Origin: a virus
Lineage: Duplodnaviria > Caudoviricetes
DNA length: 26,028 nt
IMG/VR virus record: IMGVR_UViG_3300042923_000231
Location: 1 to 26,028 of that record
Reading direction: 5' to 3' (one strand)
The position numbers were made by a program, and so were the translations under genes. Position 1 is the stretch's first letter. Each line of letters starts with the position of its first letter. This document shows, piece after piece, positions 24,940 to 26,028 of this stretch. The notes under the pieces were generated by a model. It saw only the letters and a list, made by a program, of their open reading frames with translations, was not told the origin of the DNA and made no database searches.

Positions 24940-25119
24940 TTACTTTACATTTTTCGTTTTTCTCGCCTCTTCAAACTCTCGCAAGTCTTCTGGTCTTACT
25001 CTGTATAGATTACCTGTTTGTATTGCGTTTAATTTCTTATCTCTAATCCATTGCCAAACAGTTGACTTTTTCACTCCATACAAAGTTGCTATGTCTTCAC
25101 AGGTTAAATATTTCCCCAA
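24940..25119 (-). CDS. Excisionase-family (HTH_17) DNA-binding protein in the cro position
   Basis: TTG start after SD AAAGGAGG; YLTCEDIATLYGVKKSTVWQWIRDKKLNAIQTGNLYRVRPEDLREF. Confidence 0.85.
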   Translation of the reverse strand: MGKYLTCEDIATLYGVKKSTVWQWIRDKKLNAIQTGNLYRVRPEDLREFEEARKTKNVK

Positions 25120-25157
25120 GTTGTTTCCTCCTTTCTGTACTAGTTTTATCAAAACAC

Positions 25158-25186
25158 TTTACTTTAGTTAAGTTTAGTTGTATAAT
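25158..25186 (+). promoter_or_regulatory. Putative lysogenic promoter toward the repressor
   Basis: TTTACT-17 nt-TATAAT. Confidence 0.65.
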
Positions 25187-25292
25187 AATTCTTGCTTAGG
25201 GAATAATAACAGAACATAACTGAACTTTTTTCTCCCGAAAAAATGTTTTCGCAGGAGGTGTGTTTTTTATTGCCTTTCTTTGGTATGACTTA

Positions 25293-25321
25293 AGTCTAAT
25301 ACAGTTCACTACAGTTGTCAA
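25293..25321 (-). promoter_or_regulatory. Putative lytic early promoter
   Basis: TTGACA-17 nt-TAGACT; TACAGTT direct repeats at 25300 and 25310. Confidence 0.75.
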
Positions 25322-25361
25322 TAGTATTATTAAGTTATTTTAAATTTATTTCAGGAGTGAT

Positions 25362-25799
25362 ATGATGTTTTTTAAAAAAATAGAAAAACTATGTTTAAAT
25401 AAAGGAATAACTGTAACGGATTTAGTTTTAAGCATAGGATTAAGTGGTTCAAATGTTACCTATTGGAAAAACGGTTCTATCCCAAGAGGGAAAACATTGA
25501 AAAAAATAGCGGATTATTTTGATATATCTATTGATTCTTTAGTTTCTAATGAATCATCTTTAGACAAAATCAATTTAGTTATGGAAGAATTAGCTTCTTA
25601 CTCCGCCGCAGATAACAAACAGATTTCTATTGATATGGAAGCAATAAAAAAACTCTCCGAAGAGAGTCAAAATGAATTATTTAATTTGATAGAAAAAACC
25701 GTTGCTAAAATGCGTGAAGCGGAAGAAAAAGAAAAAGCTATAAAAATAATAAAAAGCCTCCCTGCCGAAGACAGAAAGGCTATTAAAAATATGCTTTGA
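25362..25799 (+). CDS. CI-like XRE repressor without a peptidase domain
   Basis: HTH_3 motif IEKLC..KGIT...IGLSGSNVTYWKNGSIP...LKKIADYFDISIDSL; divergent from the lytic operon. Confidence 0.9.
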   Translation: MMFFKKIEKLCLNKGITVTDLVLSIGLSGSNVTYWKNGSIPRGKTLKKIADYFDISIDSLVSNESSLDKINLVMEELASYSAADNKQISIDMEAIKKLSEESQNELFNLIEKTVAKMREAEEKEKAIKIIKSLPAEDRKAIKNML

Positions 25800-25934
25800 T
25801 TATTTGTTTTCTACTACATATTTATGTATTATTTCCAATAATTCATTTTTATGATTATCATTAAGCAGACCGATTCCTTTTAATAACTCAATTTTTTTTA
25901 GCTCAATATCGTTATCAACTTCATTCACTATCAC
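25800..25934 (-). CDS. 44-aa protein convergent with the repressor
   Basis: GTG 25934 after SD GGAG; the track's start at 25997 lies inside the predicted promoter. Confidence 0.55.
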   Translation of the reverse strand: MIVNEVDNDIELKKIELLKGIGLLNDNHKNELLEIIHKYVVENK

Positions 25935-25988
25935 AAATAAGCATCTCCATTTTTTATTAATTTGTCGAATCGCGATTGACTTATCTTT

Positions 25989-26017
25989 ATTGTACACATA
26001 CTATAGGTAAGTTTCAA
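25989..26017 (-). promoter_or_regulatory. SigA-type promoter for the small convergent gene
   Basis: TTGAAA-17 nt-TACAAT. Confidence 0.65.
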
Positions 26018-26028
26018 TAAAACGCAAA

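Larger units (their letters stand above)
1..26028. mobile_element. Temperate phage/prophage segment (immunity switch, early/replication genes, packaging and head module); both ends lie outside the window
   Basis: Co-oriented, tightly coupled phage gene order with repressor, Rha, replication initiator, terminases, portal and capsid. Confidence 0.97.

Noticed and set aside
25248-25260. 13-mer TTCGCAGGAGGTG shared with 1874-1886 (opposite strand)
   Set aside because: More than half is the SD sequence, so the match may be chance; no shared flanks
25935-25997. 65-aa version of the last ORF
   Set aside because: Its GTG lies in the spacer of the predicted promoter and has no SD
25120-26028. LexA (GAAC-N4-GTTC) box in the switch or convergent promoter
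   Set aside because: No match seen by eye in these regions
1-26028. Integrase, att sites, lysis and tail genes
   Set aside because: Not present in this window, so prophage versus free phage cannot be decided

Overview
AT-rich 26-kb segment of a temperate phage or prophage of a low-GC Bacillota host. The SSB tail SFGSEVFPDEEIPF suggests a Negativicutes/Sporomusaceae-type host (inference). Almost all genes are on the minus strand and read right to left. The order is: (1) a lysis/lysogeny switch with a plus-strand CI-like repressor, an Xis/HTH_17-type first lytic gene and a Rha protein; (2) a long early operon with a pentapeptide-repeat protein, LysM membrane protein, Gam-like protein, Rad52/Sak-like recombinase, replication initiator with internal iterons, helicase loader/inhibitor, MazG-like protein, SSB, Holliday-junction resolvase and many small accessory ORFs; (3) two promoter plus structured-RNA cassettes; (4) the packaging/head module of TerS, PBSX-type TerL, DUF1073 portal, gp7/Mu-F minor head, DUF2213 protease/scaffold, a decoration protein and the start of a DUF2184-type capsid. 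Main observations: a face-to-face promoter switch resembling P2/186; a small convergent ORF that resembles the repressor C-terminal helices (SinI-like antirepressor hypothesis); a lambda Q/pR'/tR'-like layout with no recognisable ArpU/RinA activator; a three-way-junction RNA candidate; three genes apparently starting at ATA/ATT; GTTGCAAC boxes inside terS; and shared R-x-D motifs in head proteins. All family calls come from motif recognition by eye, with no database search.
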